Source: Zestosphaera tikiterensis (GTDB lineage: Archaea > Thermoproteota > Thermoprotei_A > Sulfolobales > NBVN01). From it: 32,000 nt of DNA. Each line of letters starts with the position of its first letter. Within the stretch, counting starts at the first letter, position 1. The stretch is from contig NBVN01000002.1 in assembly GCA_003056265.1 (NCBI GenBank), positions 30,001 through 62,000 on the forward strand, written 5' to 3'. The notes below the pieces were generated by a model. The model was given only the letters and a program-made list of their open reading frames with translations, did no database searches and was not told where the DNA came from. The translations under genes were made by a program, and so were the position numbers. Shown piece after piece: positions 8,569 through 17,716 of the stretch.

Positions 8569-9091
8569 GTTTCTGCGTTCTTAACGTGTAGTAAGTCACG
8601 TCTCCGTGGGCGTCAACTAAAGCTAGGACTGGCTCATAACCTTTCATCAAGGCTTTATCAACCCAAACCAATATGTCTCCAGACTTAAGGGGTGAGTTCT
8701 CCTCAGCTACGTAAACAGCGAACTTCCTGCTGCCGAACTCAACTAGCAGGACGTTTTCTGAGTAACCCACCCTAGCCACCCTACCTCTATTCCTTAAATC
8801 TACGAAAACAGAAAACTTAACCCAATCGTATTTAGACCTTGAATACCTAGCGAAAACGTCTTCAAGGCTTAACTCCCTACCCATCTCGTCTAAGACCTTC
8901 CCAGCCCCGGAGTAGATTATGTAGGCAACCTCAGCTATGTCGAGGATGTAGTTATTAGTTGAAGGAGGTTTTAAACCTATCCTAAGGTCTTTAAACAGGT
9001 AGGGATCCCCCTCAACCAAGATCCTACCGTCTTCAACGGCCACGATCTTCACAGTATATGTTCGATCCTCACCCATCCCCTCCACCAACAA
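8549..9091 (-). CDS. endA: tRNA-splicing endonuclease family protein, probably the non-catalytic (structural, beta) subunit
   Basis: The C-terminal half, FSVFVDLRNRGRVARVGY...FAVYV...VLALVDAHGDVTYYTL, matches the EndA fold pattern Y.DLR.RG. The GxKFGxDFRVY and His/Lys catalytic positions of catalytic subunits are not present. Confidence 0.5.
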   Translation of the reverse strand: MLVEGMGEDRTYTVKIVAVEDGRILVEGDPYLFKDLRIGLKPPSTNNYILDIAEVAYIIYSGAGKVLDEMGRELSLEDVFARYSRSKYDWVKFSVFVDLRNRGRVARVGYSENVLLVEFGSRKFAVYVAEENSPLKSGDILVWVDKALMKGYEPVLALVDAHGDVTYYTLRTQKLEDLKV

Positions 9092-9135
9092 GTTAATAAT
9101 ACGTTAAGACTAATCAAATATTTAGGTGTTTTAAC

Positions 9136-10182
9136 TTGAGCGGAAGTGAAGTTAAAGCTATTGAATGGCTTGACGGGCGGGTACGTTGGTTAAACACGTT
9201 GAAGATACCTTGGGAGGAGGAGTATATAGAGACTGAAGACTATGAGAGACTTGCTCAAGCTATTGAAGCGATGGAGATTAGAGGGGCGCCTGCGATAGGT
9301 GTGGCAGCAGCTTTCGGCGTGGCTTTAGCGGCCGTACATTCTAAGTCAAACGATGTAGAGACCCTCAAACTTGAATTGCTTAAAGCTATCGAAAGATTCT
9401 CTAAGACTAGACCTACCGCAGTCAACCTTTTCTGGGCGCTTGATAGGATGCGTGCGGTAGTCTTAAGGACTTACGGCGACGTCGATGGCTTAAGGGCTTC
9501 AGTAGTTAAGGAAGCGCTGACGATATATGAGGAAGACATCAAAACAAACTTAAGGATTGGTGAGGTGGGGAGTGAGTTAATCGAGGATGGAGACACTATA
9601 TTAACGCACTGTAACGCAGGTTCCTTAGCAACGGCGGGTTTCGGAACGGCTTTAGGTGTTGTTAGGGCTGCTTGGCGTTCGGGGAAGAAGGTTAAAGTGA
9701 TAGCTACGGAAACCAGGCCTCTTCTTCAAGGTGCTAGGCTCACTGTGTGGGAGTTGGTTAAGGAGGGGATTCCAGTAACGTTAATAAGCGATAACATGGT
9801 TGGCTACGTAATGAGTAAAGGACTCGTTAATAAGGTGTTCGTAGGAGCTGATAGGATATTAATGGATGGCCACGTAATAAATAAGATAGGGACGTACACC
9901 ATAGCGGTGTTGGCTAACAGGCATAAAGTACCTTTCTACGCCGTAGCACCTACCTCGACTATAGACCCACATAGGAGGGTTGAGGAAGTGGTGATAGAAG
10001 AGAGGAATCCAGACGAGGTTAGGAAGGTCTTAGGTAAGATCTTAATAACTGTTAAGGATGTGCCAGTTATGAATCCAGCCTTCGATATAACGCCTCCGGA
10101 GCTTGTTGAAGGTATAGTGACGGAGAAGGGCGTGGCTAGGAAGCCATATAGAGAAACTTTAAGGAAGTTGCTTGGTTTATGA
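9136..10182 (+). CDS. mtnA: Methylthioribose-1-phosphate isomerase / aIF-2B-I family protein
   Basis: The N-terminus reads IEWLDGRVRWLNTLKIP...YIETEDYERLAQAIEAMEIRGAPAIGVAAAFGVALA. The central region THCNAGSLATAGFGTALGV and C-terminal NPAFDITPPELV are typical of the M1Pi/eIF2B-related family. Confidence 0.8.
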   Translation: MSGSEVKAIEWLDGRVRWLNTLKIPWEEEYIETEDYERLAQAIEAMEIRGAPAIGVAAAFGVALAAVHSKSNDVETLKLELLKAIERFSKTRPTAVNLFWALDRMRAVVLRTYGDVDGLRASVVKEALTIYEEDIKTNLRIGEVGSELIEDGDTILTHCNAGSLATAGFGTALGVVRAAWRSGKKVKVIATETRPLLQGARLTVWELVKEGIPVTLISDNMVGYVMSKGLVNKVFVGADRILMDGHVINKIGTYTIAVLANRHKVPFYAVAPTSTIDPHRRVEEVVIEERNPDEVRKVLGKILITVKDVPVMNPAFDITPPELVEGIVTEKGVARKPYRETLRKLLGL

Positions 10183-10290
10183 TGTGTTCTTTATTGATGG
10201 GTTGGGAAGTTTCTTAATTTATAGACGTGTTTAAAACATCCATCAAAGGTTAGTGCTTAAAAGTTTTCCTATAATTAGAGTTTTAGGTGG

Positions 10291-11907
10291 GTGTGGATGA
10301 CTGAAGCATCCGTTGAGAAGTTTAAGTCGCTATCGCCTTCGGAGTTCTTCTACCGTAATAAAGAGATAGCGGGTTTCAGCAACCCTGCTAGAGCCTTATA
10401 CCAAACGGTTAGAGAGCTTGTTGAAAACGCTTTAGATGCTACGGATTCCCATCATATATTACCGGACATTAAAGTAATCATAAAGAATGAGGTTGAAACC
10501 CCTACCTCGGGGTTGGTCGGTTTATCAGAGGCTTTCGAAGGTGGTTTATACAGCGTTCAAGTAGAGGATAACGGCATTGGCTTACCGCCGTCCCACGTTC
10601 CGAGAGCTTTCGGGCAACTCCTATACAGCTCTAAATACGTCTTAAGGCAAACAAGGGGTATGTTTGGGTTAGGTGCTAAGATGGCTGTTCTTTACGGGCA
10701 GATAACAACCGGCAAACCTGCGGAGATAACTACGTCTCAAGTAACGTCTAAGAGGGTTTACTACTATAGGATAGGTATAGACGTGATTAACAACACCCCG
10801 ATAATTCACGAAGCCGCTACGTATATGAAGACTAACGACTGGCACGGTACGATAGTTAAGATATACTTGGTTGGGGATTGGCAGAGGTCCAAACAGAAGA
10901 TCTACGAGTATTTAAAGAGGACTGCGATCATAGCTCCCTACGCTAACATATATTTTGAAGATCCTGACGGAGAGATAATGTTATTTAAGAGATCGACTGA
11001 GGAGATGCCTCCCCCGCCTAGGGAGGTGCAGCCGCATCCCTACGGCGTCGATTTAGAGATGCTTAAGATGATGGCAGCGACGACTAAAGCGTCTACTTTA
11101 GTTGAGTTTCTTTATAAGGAGTTCCAAAGCGTAGGCATCACAACAGCTAATGAGATAGTTCAACGTAGTGGGTTAAGACCTGATTTAAAACCTAGTGACT
11201 TAACCTTAGAGGATCTTATGAAGGTGTTGAAAGCTATTAAAGAAACTAACGTAAAACCGCCTAGAGCTGACCATCTTTCAAACCTCGGGGAGAAACTTAT
11301 AGAGATAGGTTTGAAGGAATCTTTAAAGCCGGAATTCGTTAAAGCAGTTACTAGGAAGCCCAGCGTTTATGAAGGGCATGCGTTCATTGTGGAGGCCGGC
11401 ATAGCCTACGGGGGTAGGATCCCACCATCCGATAAGGATTTCATACCGTTGCTTAGATACGCTAATAAAATACCTCTGCTATATGATGAGGCGGCTGACG
11501 TAATGCGCGCTGTGGTGAGGAACATCGATTGGGAGAGGTACGACGTTGTTTTCCCCGCACCTTTAGTAGTGTTGATACACATATGCAGTACTAAAGTACC
11601 TTATAAAGGCGTTGGTAAGGAAGCGGTTGCCGACGTTCCAGAGGTTGAGAGGGAGATGGAGCTTGCGGTTAAGGAAGCGGCTAGAGAGCTTAAGTCCTAC
11701 TTAAATATGAAGGCTAGGGAGAGGGAGGAAGCTGAGAAAGCCGTAACTATAGCTAAGTACATCCCTAACGTGTCGAGATCCCTGTCAAGGATTGTAGGTA
11801 AGGTTAGTGAGGAAGTCCTAGCTAGGGAATTGCTGAACATGCTTAACAAGAGGTTAACCTCGTTTAAGATCAAGAACTTAAGCGATGTTTTCGTGGGGGT
11901 GGAGTAG
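10291..11907 (+). CDS. top6B: DNA topoisomerase VI subunit B (GHKL ATPase). ATG 10297 is a plausible start.
   Basis: The GHKL N-box is ELVENALDA, the G1 box is VEDNGIGL, and the motif GMFGLGAKMAV is present. Size is about 535 aa. Its stop abuts the GTG start of top6A. Confidence 0.92.
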   Translation: MWMTEASVEKFKSLSPSEFFYRNKEIAGFSNPARALYQTVRELVENALDATDSHHILPDIKVIIKNEVETPTSGLVGLSEAFEGGLYSVQVEDNGIGLPPSHVPRAFGQLLYSSKYVLRQTRGMFGLGAKMAVLYGQITTGKPAEITTSQVTSKRVYYYRIGIDVINNTPIIHEAATYMKTNDWHGTIVKIYLVGDWQRSKQKIYEYLKRTAIIAPYANIYFEDPDGEIMLFKRSTEEMPPPPREVQPHPYGVDLEMLKMMAATTKASTLVEFLYKEFQSVGITTANEIVQRSGLRPDLKPSDLTLEDLMKVLKAIKETNVKPPRADHLSNLGEKLIEIGLKESLKPEFVKAVTRKPSVYEGHAFIVEAGIAYGGRIPPSDKDFIPLLRYANKIPLLYDEAADVMRAVVRNIDWERYDVVFPAPLVVLIHICSTKVPYKGVGKEAVADVPEVEREMELAVKEAARELKSYLNMKAREREEAEKAVTIAKYIPNVSRSLSRIVGKVSEEVLARELLNMLNKRLTSFKIKNLSDVFVGVE

Positions 11908-14370
11908 GTGGTTTCAGCTATAGACGCTAAAGTTAGGTTGAAAGCTTTAGAGGTTCTAAGGGAGAAGTTCTCATCTTTAGTTAACGATATAATGGAGGGG
12001 AAACCGCCGACATTAGTTATTAAGAAAAGGACTTTATCGAATACTATATACGACAGCGCTTCAGGCCTTCTTAAATTAGGTGACGCTACGTTTAAGAGGA
12101 GCTTCTTCAACGTAGCTGAAGCTAAGAAATTCATGCAAACGGTTCTTATGGCTAGCATAATATATGAAGCGCTTAAAAACAATGAATACCCAACGATAAG
12201 AGACCTCTACTATAGAGGTAAGCATACGATAAAGTATCGTGACCCAATAACGCGTAAAGTCAGGGAGGAGAACACGTGGGAGGAGCAGAAAGAATCTGAT
12301 TCAGTGATTAGAGATTTAGAAGTGTTTATAGACATGCTACGTGAGGAGATGCTGATTTTAAGTAAGGAGAAGGGGAAGGTAGTAGGGGATATGAGGATTA
12401 GATCCGGTGACGACGTTATAGACTTAAGTAAGATGGGTCACGGAGCATACGCTATAGAACCCACGCCGGACTTCATAGAGTTCCTGGACGTCAACGCTGA
12501 ATACGTGTTGGTTATAGAGAAGGACGCAGTCTTCCAGCAACTGCATAGGTTGGGTTACTGGAAGAAGAATAAGGCGTTGTTAGTTACCAGCGCTGGCCAA
12601 CCGGATAGAGCCACTAGAAGGTTTGTTAGGAGGTTAAATGAAGAGTTAAAACTTCCTGTTTACATCCTTACAGACAGTATACCCGCGGACGAAGTCGTTG
12701 TGGTTAAAGACCCCATCACTGGCGAGGTAAGAGTGGATTCGATTGAGGAGCTTGTCGGTAAGTACTTCACAAACCTTGAGAGGGAGAGGGTGGATGTACC
12801 GTTGGAGGTTCTTTCACGGGACCCGAAAACGGGTAGGGTTAGATGGTCTCACATAGCGTATGTCTACAGACATAGGGTTAAGGAACCGATATTGAAGATA
12901 CGCACTAAAGGACGAGGGGTCGTAAGAGTAACTAAAGCTCACTCCCTATTCGTATTTAGAGACGGGAGAATACAAGTAATACCAGCTAAAGAGATACGTC
13001 CAGGAGACTATATAGTCGTAGCTAAAAGCCTACCGTACCTCACTAACTCAGTTGAATCCGTAATTACCGTAGCTCATATACTCCGAGAAACCACAGCTAA
13101 GCATTTCAGACAGTTAAACAACCGCAACGCAGTCTTCATAGTTAAAGACGGCATGAAGATTAAGTTGGAGGAGGCTTCCGAAGACGACATATTTAAAGCA
13201 GAGGCGGTTAAGCTCTCAAGGTCTAAATGGCTCATACCTAATAAAGTGAAGGTAGATGAAGACCTCGCGTGGTTTATGGGTGTATACACAGCTAGGGGAA
13301 GCGATTTAAACAACTGTTGTCTGCTTCTTAGCTTTAACTTAAGAGAGAAGGACTTAATAGATAAGGTAGTGAAGGTAGTGAAGGAGAAATTCAATGTAGT
13401 TCCTAAGGTTGACGTAAACACCGATAGAGAGCAGGTAAGGATTCGGATAAATTCAAAAATACTTCACGTAATCTTTAGTGAGATAGGGCTTTTAGGGAAG
13501 GCAACAACGAAGCGGGTGCCGAACGTTATATTGAACTCCCCATATAATGTAGCGTTAGCATACGTGAAAGGTCTTATAGACGGCGGTGGGCTTAGTGACG
13601 GATATGGAAGCATAACATACCCAGTTAAAAACCCGATATTAGCTCGTCAAATCTTCATATTGCTACAAGCTTTAGGATTGAACCCAACGCTAACTCAAGA
13701 TGGAGATAATATAGCGTTGAAGGTAGTTAAAGAAGATCGTCAAATACCGTTGGATGTTCATAGATATCCATCCACCAACGTAAAGACGGAGCTTGCGTAC
13801 ATTCCAGACGGGGGTTACTTAGTTAATTCGGAAACTCACCCCAACCACGTCTTCGGCGATGCTATAGTCGTGCCTGTGGAGTATGTAGAGGAGGAACCGT
13901 ATGAAGGCTATGTTTACGACTTCGCCGTCCCCGGCGATAATTCATTCATAGGCGGGTATGGTGTGGTGTATCATAACAGCGATCCTTACGGATGGTATAT
14001 ATACAGCGTGTTTAAAGTAGGTTCTATAACTTTATCTTATGAAAGCGAGCGCTTAGCTACCCCAAGCGCTAGGTTCTTAGGGGTTATGATGACCGACATA
14101 TTCGGTTCTCAAAAACTAAATAAGAAACCGTATCTTACAGAGGCTGAAAGAAGGAACTATATAATTAAAGCTAAGGAAAGAGATAAGAAGAGGGCTAAAG
14201 AGCTTGAAAACTATAAATGGTTCCAAACGCCAAGGTGGAAGATAGAGATTGACGTATTCCGTGAGAAGGAAGCCAAGCTTGAGATAGAGGCTTTAACAAG
14301 TAAGGGATTGGTTTTCTTAGCTGATAAATACCTACCGGAGAAAATAAGCGTGGGTGATTGGATTGCTTAG
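11908..14370 (+). CDS. top6A: DNA topoisomerase VI subunit A (Spo11 homologue) interrupted in frame by an intein. The exteins total 386 aa.
   Basis: The 5Y-CAP region reads TIRDLYYRG, the Toprim Glu is in VLVIEKDAVF, and the SAGQPDRATRRFVRRL motif is present. LPVYILTD is split from SDPYGWYIYSV by 434 aa bounded by Ser1 and His-Asn/Ser+1. Confidence 0.92.
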   Translation: MVSAIDAKVRLKALEVLREKFSSLVNDIMEGKPPTLVIKKRTLSNTIYDSASGLLKLGDATFKRSFFNVAEAKKFMQTVLMASIIYEALKNNEYPTIRDLYYRGKHTIKYRDPITRKVREENTWEEQKESDSVIRDLEVFIDMLREEMLILSKEKGKVVGDMRIRSGDDVIDLSKMGHGAYAIEPTPDFIEFLDVNAEYVLVIEKDAVFQQLHRLGYWKKNKALLVTSAGQPDRATRRFVRRLNEELKLPVYILTDSIPADEVVVVKDPITGEVRVDSIEELVGKYFTNLERERVDVPLEVLSRDPKTGRVRWSHIAYVYRHRVKEPILKIRTKGRGVVRVTKAHSLFVFRDGRIQVIPAKEIRPGDYIVVAKSLPYLTNSVESVITVAHILRETTAKHFRQLNNRNAVFIVKDGMKIKLEEASEDDIFKAEAVKLSRSKWLIPNKVKVDEDLAWFMGVYTARGSDLNNCCLLLSFNLREKDLIDKVVKVVKEKFNVVPKVDVNTDREQVRIRINSKILHVIFSEIGLLGKATTKRVPNVILNSPYNVALAYVKGLIDGGGLSDGYGSITYPVKNPILARQIFILLQALGLNPTLTQDGDNIALKVVKEDRQIPLDVHRYPSTNVKTELAYIPDGGYLVNSETHPNHVFGDAIVVPVEYVEEEPYEGYVYDFAVPGDNSFIGGYGVVYHNSDPYGWYIYSVFKVGSITLSYESERLATPSARFLGVMMTDIFGSQKLNKKPYLTEAERRNYIIKAKERDKKRAKELENYKWFQTPRWKIEIDVFREKEAKLEIEALTSKGLVFLADKYLPEKISVGDWIA
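12676..13977 (+). mobile_element. Intein (434 aa) with a LAGLIDADG-type homing endonuclease domain, inserted in the Top6A Toprim DxD motif
   Basis: Block A begins SIPADEVVVV (Ser1). Block B TxxH is TKAH (12931-12942). LAGLIDADG-like blocks are LAWFMGVYTARGS (about 13261-13305) and AYVKGLIDGGGLSDG (about 13552-13605). Blocks F/G read YVYDFAVPGDNSFIGGYGVVYHN and are followed by the +1 Ser. Removing the intein restores LTD-SDPYG. Confidence 0.85.
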
Positions 14371-15067
14371 TTTAAGTCATGAGTTGATTAACGTCTTAAA
14401 AACCATTAACCTTAGGATAGATCAGACAATGCTTAAATACGATAAAAGCGTTGAAGACTACGTTAGTTTCGCTAAGGAATCAGATAAGTACGGGTTTAGA
14501 GCTTTAGTAGTTCCGTCCTCGGTAGTAGAGTTTATAGCTCCTGAGGTGAAAACCCCCATAGCCAGCGTTGTTGGGTTTCCGCATGGGTATCATCCGCTGA
14601 GAGTTAAAATAGACGAACTTAAATACGTAGCTAACGCGGGAGCTAAAGAAGTTGATGTTGTGTTGAACATCGTTAACCTAAAGTCAAGGATGTTAAGCAA
14701 GGTTGAGGAGGAGGTAGAGGAGTTAGTTCATACGGCAAGAGATCTAAACCTAGGTATAAAAGTTATTGTTGAGACTAGCGCATTAACGGATGAGGAGTTG
14801 GTAGCCATATGCAAGATACTTCTGAAGCATAAGCCGGACTTCATAAAAACAAACACGGGGTTCGGTGCTAGGGGTGTAAGCGTTAGGGATGTCCTCATCA
14901 TAAAGAAGTTGGTTGGAAACGAACTTAAGATTAAAGCTGCTGGAGGAGTTAGAAACGCCGTTGAAGCTTTAACGTTAGTAAGTTATGGGGCGGACGTCAT
15001 AGGGACTAGCTCAGGCGTTGAGATAGTTAAAGACGCTAGTAGGATATTAACTATGCTTCAACAATGA
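14354..15067 (+). CDS. deoC: Deoxyribose-phosphate aldolase (start codon uncertain)
   Basis: Motifs are IDQTMLKYD, VVGFPHG, the Schiff-base lysine region PDFIKTNTGFG, and IKAAGGVR. The ORF overlaps the top6A 3' end by 17 nt. Confidence 0.82.
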   Translation: MIGLLSLSHELINVLKTINLRIDQTMLKYDKSVEDYVSFAKESDKYGFRALVVPSSVVEFIAPEVKTPIASVVGFPHGYHPLRVKIDELKYVANAGAKEVDVVLNIVNLKSRMLSKVEEEVEELVHTARDLNLGIKVIVETSALTDEELVAICKILLKHKPDFIKTNTGFGARGVSVRDVLIIKKLVGNELKIKAAGGVRNAVEALTLVSYGADVIGTSSGVEIVKDASRILTMLQQ

Positions 15068-15109
15068 GGTTTTGAATCCTTCAGTTGAGGAGTTCGTTTA
15101 AAGATTGAA

Positions 15110-15925
15110 TTAACCGCTGAACGCAGCTACGTATTTAGTAAGGTCTGTTAAAGTAGCTATACCTTTAAGCAAACCCTCATTTGAAGTTATTAACACGGCT
15201 CTTACATTCTTCTCTAACATGAGGGCTGCCGCCGTGCCTATGGCGTCATCGCTCTTAAGCATTGGGGTGATTGGACGCATTACATCACGCACCGCAATCC
15301 TCTTTAAAGCGTCTTTAGCTCCGGCTTCAGCTATTATATCAAGCAACTCAACCAAGGCGTTTAGCAACTCATCTAAGGTTAACATACCAACGATCTTACC
15401 TTCGAGGTTTACTACGGGGAGTGAGGAAAAGCCTTCGTCAATCATTAACTTTCTAGCCATGATTAAGGAGTCCGTATCTCTAACTATCGTAACGTCGGTG
15501 GTCATGATCTGAGATAGCGGTCTTGAGTTCGTTGTAAGTATTTTAGCTATATCCCACTTAGTTAACATGCCGGTTACTTCATCGCCTTCCATTATGGGTA
15601 AGCAGCTGAAGTTCTTCTCAACCATCACTCTAGCCGCTTTAGGTAGGGTTACGTTGGGTTGGGTTGTGTAAAGCGGGGACGTCATTACGGATGAAGCGTG
15701 AAGAGCTGATATAGGGTATCTTCTACTCTTTGTAGTAGCTACTCTAGTGATTATGTCCTTCTTAGTGAGTATTCCTTCAGGCGTTAAATTGCTGTAGACG
15801 ATGGCTCTATCCGTTTTAAACTTCTCCATAGATTTTACTACGTTAGCTAATGACTCATTCTTACTGACTTTAAGGAACTCTTTAGACGCTATCTCCTTAA
15901 CAGTAACTAAAGTTATATCCACCAT
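15110..15925 (-). CDS. CBS-domain-only protein (4 CBS repeats), fourth gene of a CBS operon
   Basis: Four repeats of about 60 aa each end in motifs such as GILTKKDII, GMLTKWDIAKIL, GMLTLDELLNAL and GIATLTDLTKYV. No other domain is visible. Confidence 0.8.
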   Translation of the reverse strand: MVDITLVTVKEIASKEFLKVSKNESLANVVKSMEKFKTDRAIVYSNLTPEGILTKKDIITRVATTKSRRYPISALHASSVMTSPLYTTQPNVTLPKAARVMVEKNFSCLPIMEGDEVTGMLTKWDIAKILTTNSRPLSQIMTTDVTIVRDTDSLIMARKLMIDEGFSSLPVVNLEGKIVGMLTLDELLNALVELLDIIAEAGAKDALKRIAVRDVMRPITPMLKSDDAIGTAAALMLEKNVRAVLITSNEGLLKGIATLTDLTKYVAAFSG

Positions 15926-15930
15926 GACGG

Positions 15931-16782
15931 CTACACCTGCCTTAAAGCGTTTATAACGTCTTTCTTGGTTAACAACCCTATCAACTCACCTTCGTTGTTA
16001 ACTACGGGTAACGTCCCTATGCGGTTCTTAACCATTATGTCGGCAGCTAGAGCTAAGTCCTCATCGGGGTGGACTGTTATAGGGTTTGGAGTCATTATGT
16101 CACCGGCTACGGGCACTGTATAAACGCGTATGATTCCTTCAAAACCTCGACCTGTTACTCCAGGTCTCTTAACGTACTTTACCTTCCTGTAGCTTTCAGC
16201 TACGTCTATGTTGAGGAATAGGACGTCAGACTTCGTTATTACGCCGACGGGCTTCCTCCCCTCAACAACTACTACCTTCCCTAAACCCGATTCGTTCATT
16301 AAGTCTATCACGTAATATAGCGAATGCGTTAAAGTGGCTGTAGGGACTTCCTTAATCATGAAGTCCCCCACTTTATACCTGCCAGAGTATTTCTCAGCGT
16401 AGGCCCTCACTAAATCCGCCTTAGTTATTATCCCAACAAGCTTCTGATCTTCGTCAAACACGAGTAGGGAACCTACGTTCTTCTTAATCATTGCTTGAGC
16501 GGCTACTTTAATGGATTTGTTGGACTGTATTCCTAACACAGGTATGGTCGCGATCTCAAACGCGAGTATATTATCCAGAGGCTTAACATACCTCTTCCTG
16601 TTGTAGAGGATCCTAATGAAGTCGCTTTTACTGATTATACCGTATACGTTCCCCTCCTCGTCTAGTAAGACTACCTTACCTATCTTATGTCTAATCATTA
16701 AGTTGCGGATGTGGGCTAAGCTATCGTTTTTAGACGCTGTTATTACAGGGCTACTCATGTAGGAGGACACTCTAGGGGGCAT
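15931..16782 (-). CDS. CBS-domain-only protein (4 CBS repeats), third gene of the operon
   Basis: Repeats end in GIISKSDFIRIL, GIITKADLVRAY, GVITKSDVLFL and GLLTKKDVINAL. A 5-nt gap separates it from the next gene. Confidence 0.8.
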   Translation of the reverse strand: MPPRVSSYMSSPVITASKNDSLAHIRNLMIRHKIGKVVLLDEEGNVYGIISKSDFIRILYNRKRYVKPLDNILAFEIATIPVLGIQSNKSIKVAAQAMIKKNVGSLLVFDEDQKLVGIITKADLVRAYAEKYSGRYKVGDFMIKEVPTATLTHSLYYVIDLMNESGLGKVVVVEGRKPVGVITKSDVLFLNIDVAESYRKVKYVKRPGVTGRGFEGIIRVYTVPVAGDIMTPNPITVHPDEDLALAADIMVKNRIGTLPVVNNEGELIGLLTKKDVINALRQV

Positions 16783-16783
16783 A

Positions 16784-17716
16784 CTACACCACCAAACCGT
16801 AAATAATGTCTCTCTCGGTTATAATACCTGCAAGCCTACCGTCTTCCGACACCAGCAGCAACGATGTTTGCGTCTCAAGGATTTTAGACGCAGCTTCACT
16901 TATATCTGCTTGAGGATCGATTAACATAACTTCAGGGGTCATTACGGAGGTAACCGGTATGGAGGCAAACTCATCTAACGTCTTTAAGCTTAAGACGTTG
17001 AAGATTTTATGAGTGCCTATTAAGTCAATGACGTCCTTCCACGTGAAGATCCCTACGACCTTCTCCCCCGAAACTACAGGTAACCTCCTAACGCCTAAGT
17101 TAATCATTAACTTCATAGCTGTGCTTAACTTACTGTTTTCATCTACGCTTAACACCTCCCTAGTCATTACATCAGCTACTTTAACGCCTACATGCTTGTA
17201 AGTTAAGAACTTAACTATTTCATACTCCGTTATTATGCCTACGTACTTGTTTTGACTCACTACCGGAACGGCACCTAAGCCTAAGTTAACCATCAACTCC
17301 AACAACTTACTTAACTTTAGAGACTCCTCCACAACTACGGGGTTTTCAGTCATTATCTTACCCGCCGGTACTTGAAGGATGTCGTAGATCGTAGGTAGCT
17401 TAAGGTTTAAGACGATGTTATGTTTTAACCCGCCGCCTAGGTAGTCTATTATATCCGTAGCTGTAATCACGCCGATGACTTCATTACGTCCGGTAAGAAC
17501 CGGTATTAACCTGGTGTTGAGTTTACTCATTAACTCACACACGTTTAGGATGGGTGTTGATGTGTTAACACCTGGAACGTCCCTACGTATTAAGGGACTT
17601 AACTCGGGGGTTTTATCATGTATTCTACTCTTAAAGTTTGGTTTACCGTCGCTTCTAAGCCATCTATTCCTCTCACGTAACCTTCTAGGTGTGTAGACTT
17701 TAACCAAGGTTCTCAC
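16784..17716 (-). CDS. CBS-domain-only protein (4 CBS repeats) with a basic N-terminal extension of about 40 aa, second gene of the operon
   Basis: Repeats end in GVITATDIIDYL, GIITEYEIVKFL, GIFTWKDVIDLI and GIITERDIIYGL. The N-terminus reads MRTLVKVYTPRRLRERNRWLRSDGKPNFKSR. Confidence 0.8.
   Translation of the reverse strand: MRTLVKVYTPRRLRERNRWLRSDGKPNFKSRIHDKTPELSPLIRRDVPGVNTSTPILNVCELMSKLNTRLIPVLTGRNEVIGVITATDIIDYLGGGLKHNIVLNLKLPTIYDILQVPAGKIMTENPVVVEESLKLSKLLELMVNLGLGAVPVVSQNKYVGIITEYEIVKFLTYKHVGVKVADVMTREVLSVDENSKLSTAMKLMINLGVRRLPVVSGEKVVGIFTWKDVIDLIGTHKIFNVLSLKTLDEFASIPVTSVMTPEVMLIDPQADISEAASKILETQTSLLLVSEDGRLAGIITERDIIYGLVV

Noticed and set aside
11697-13421. Minus-strand ORFs 11697-12182 (161 aa) and 13074-13421 (115 aa)
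   Set aside because: They are antisense to top6B/top6A and to the intein, and their products are low-complexity and Ser/Leu-rich. They are shadow ORFs.
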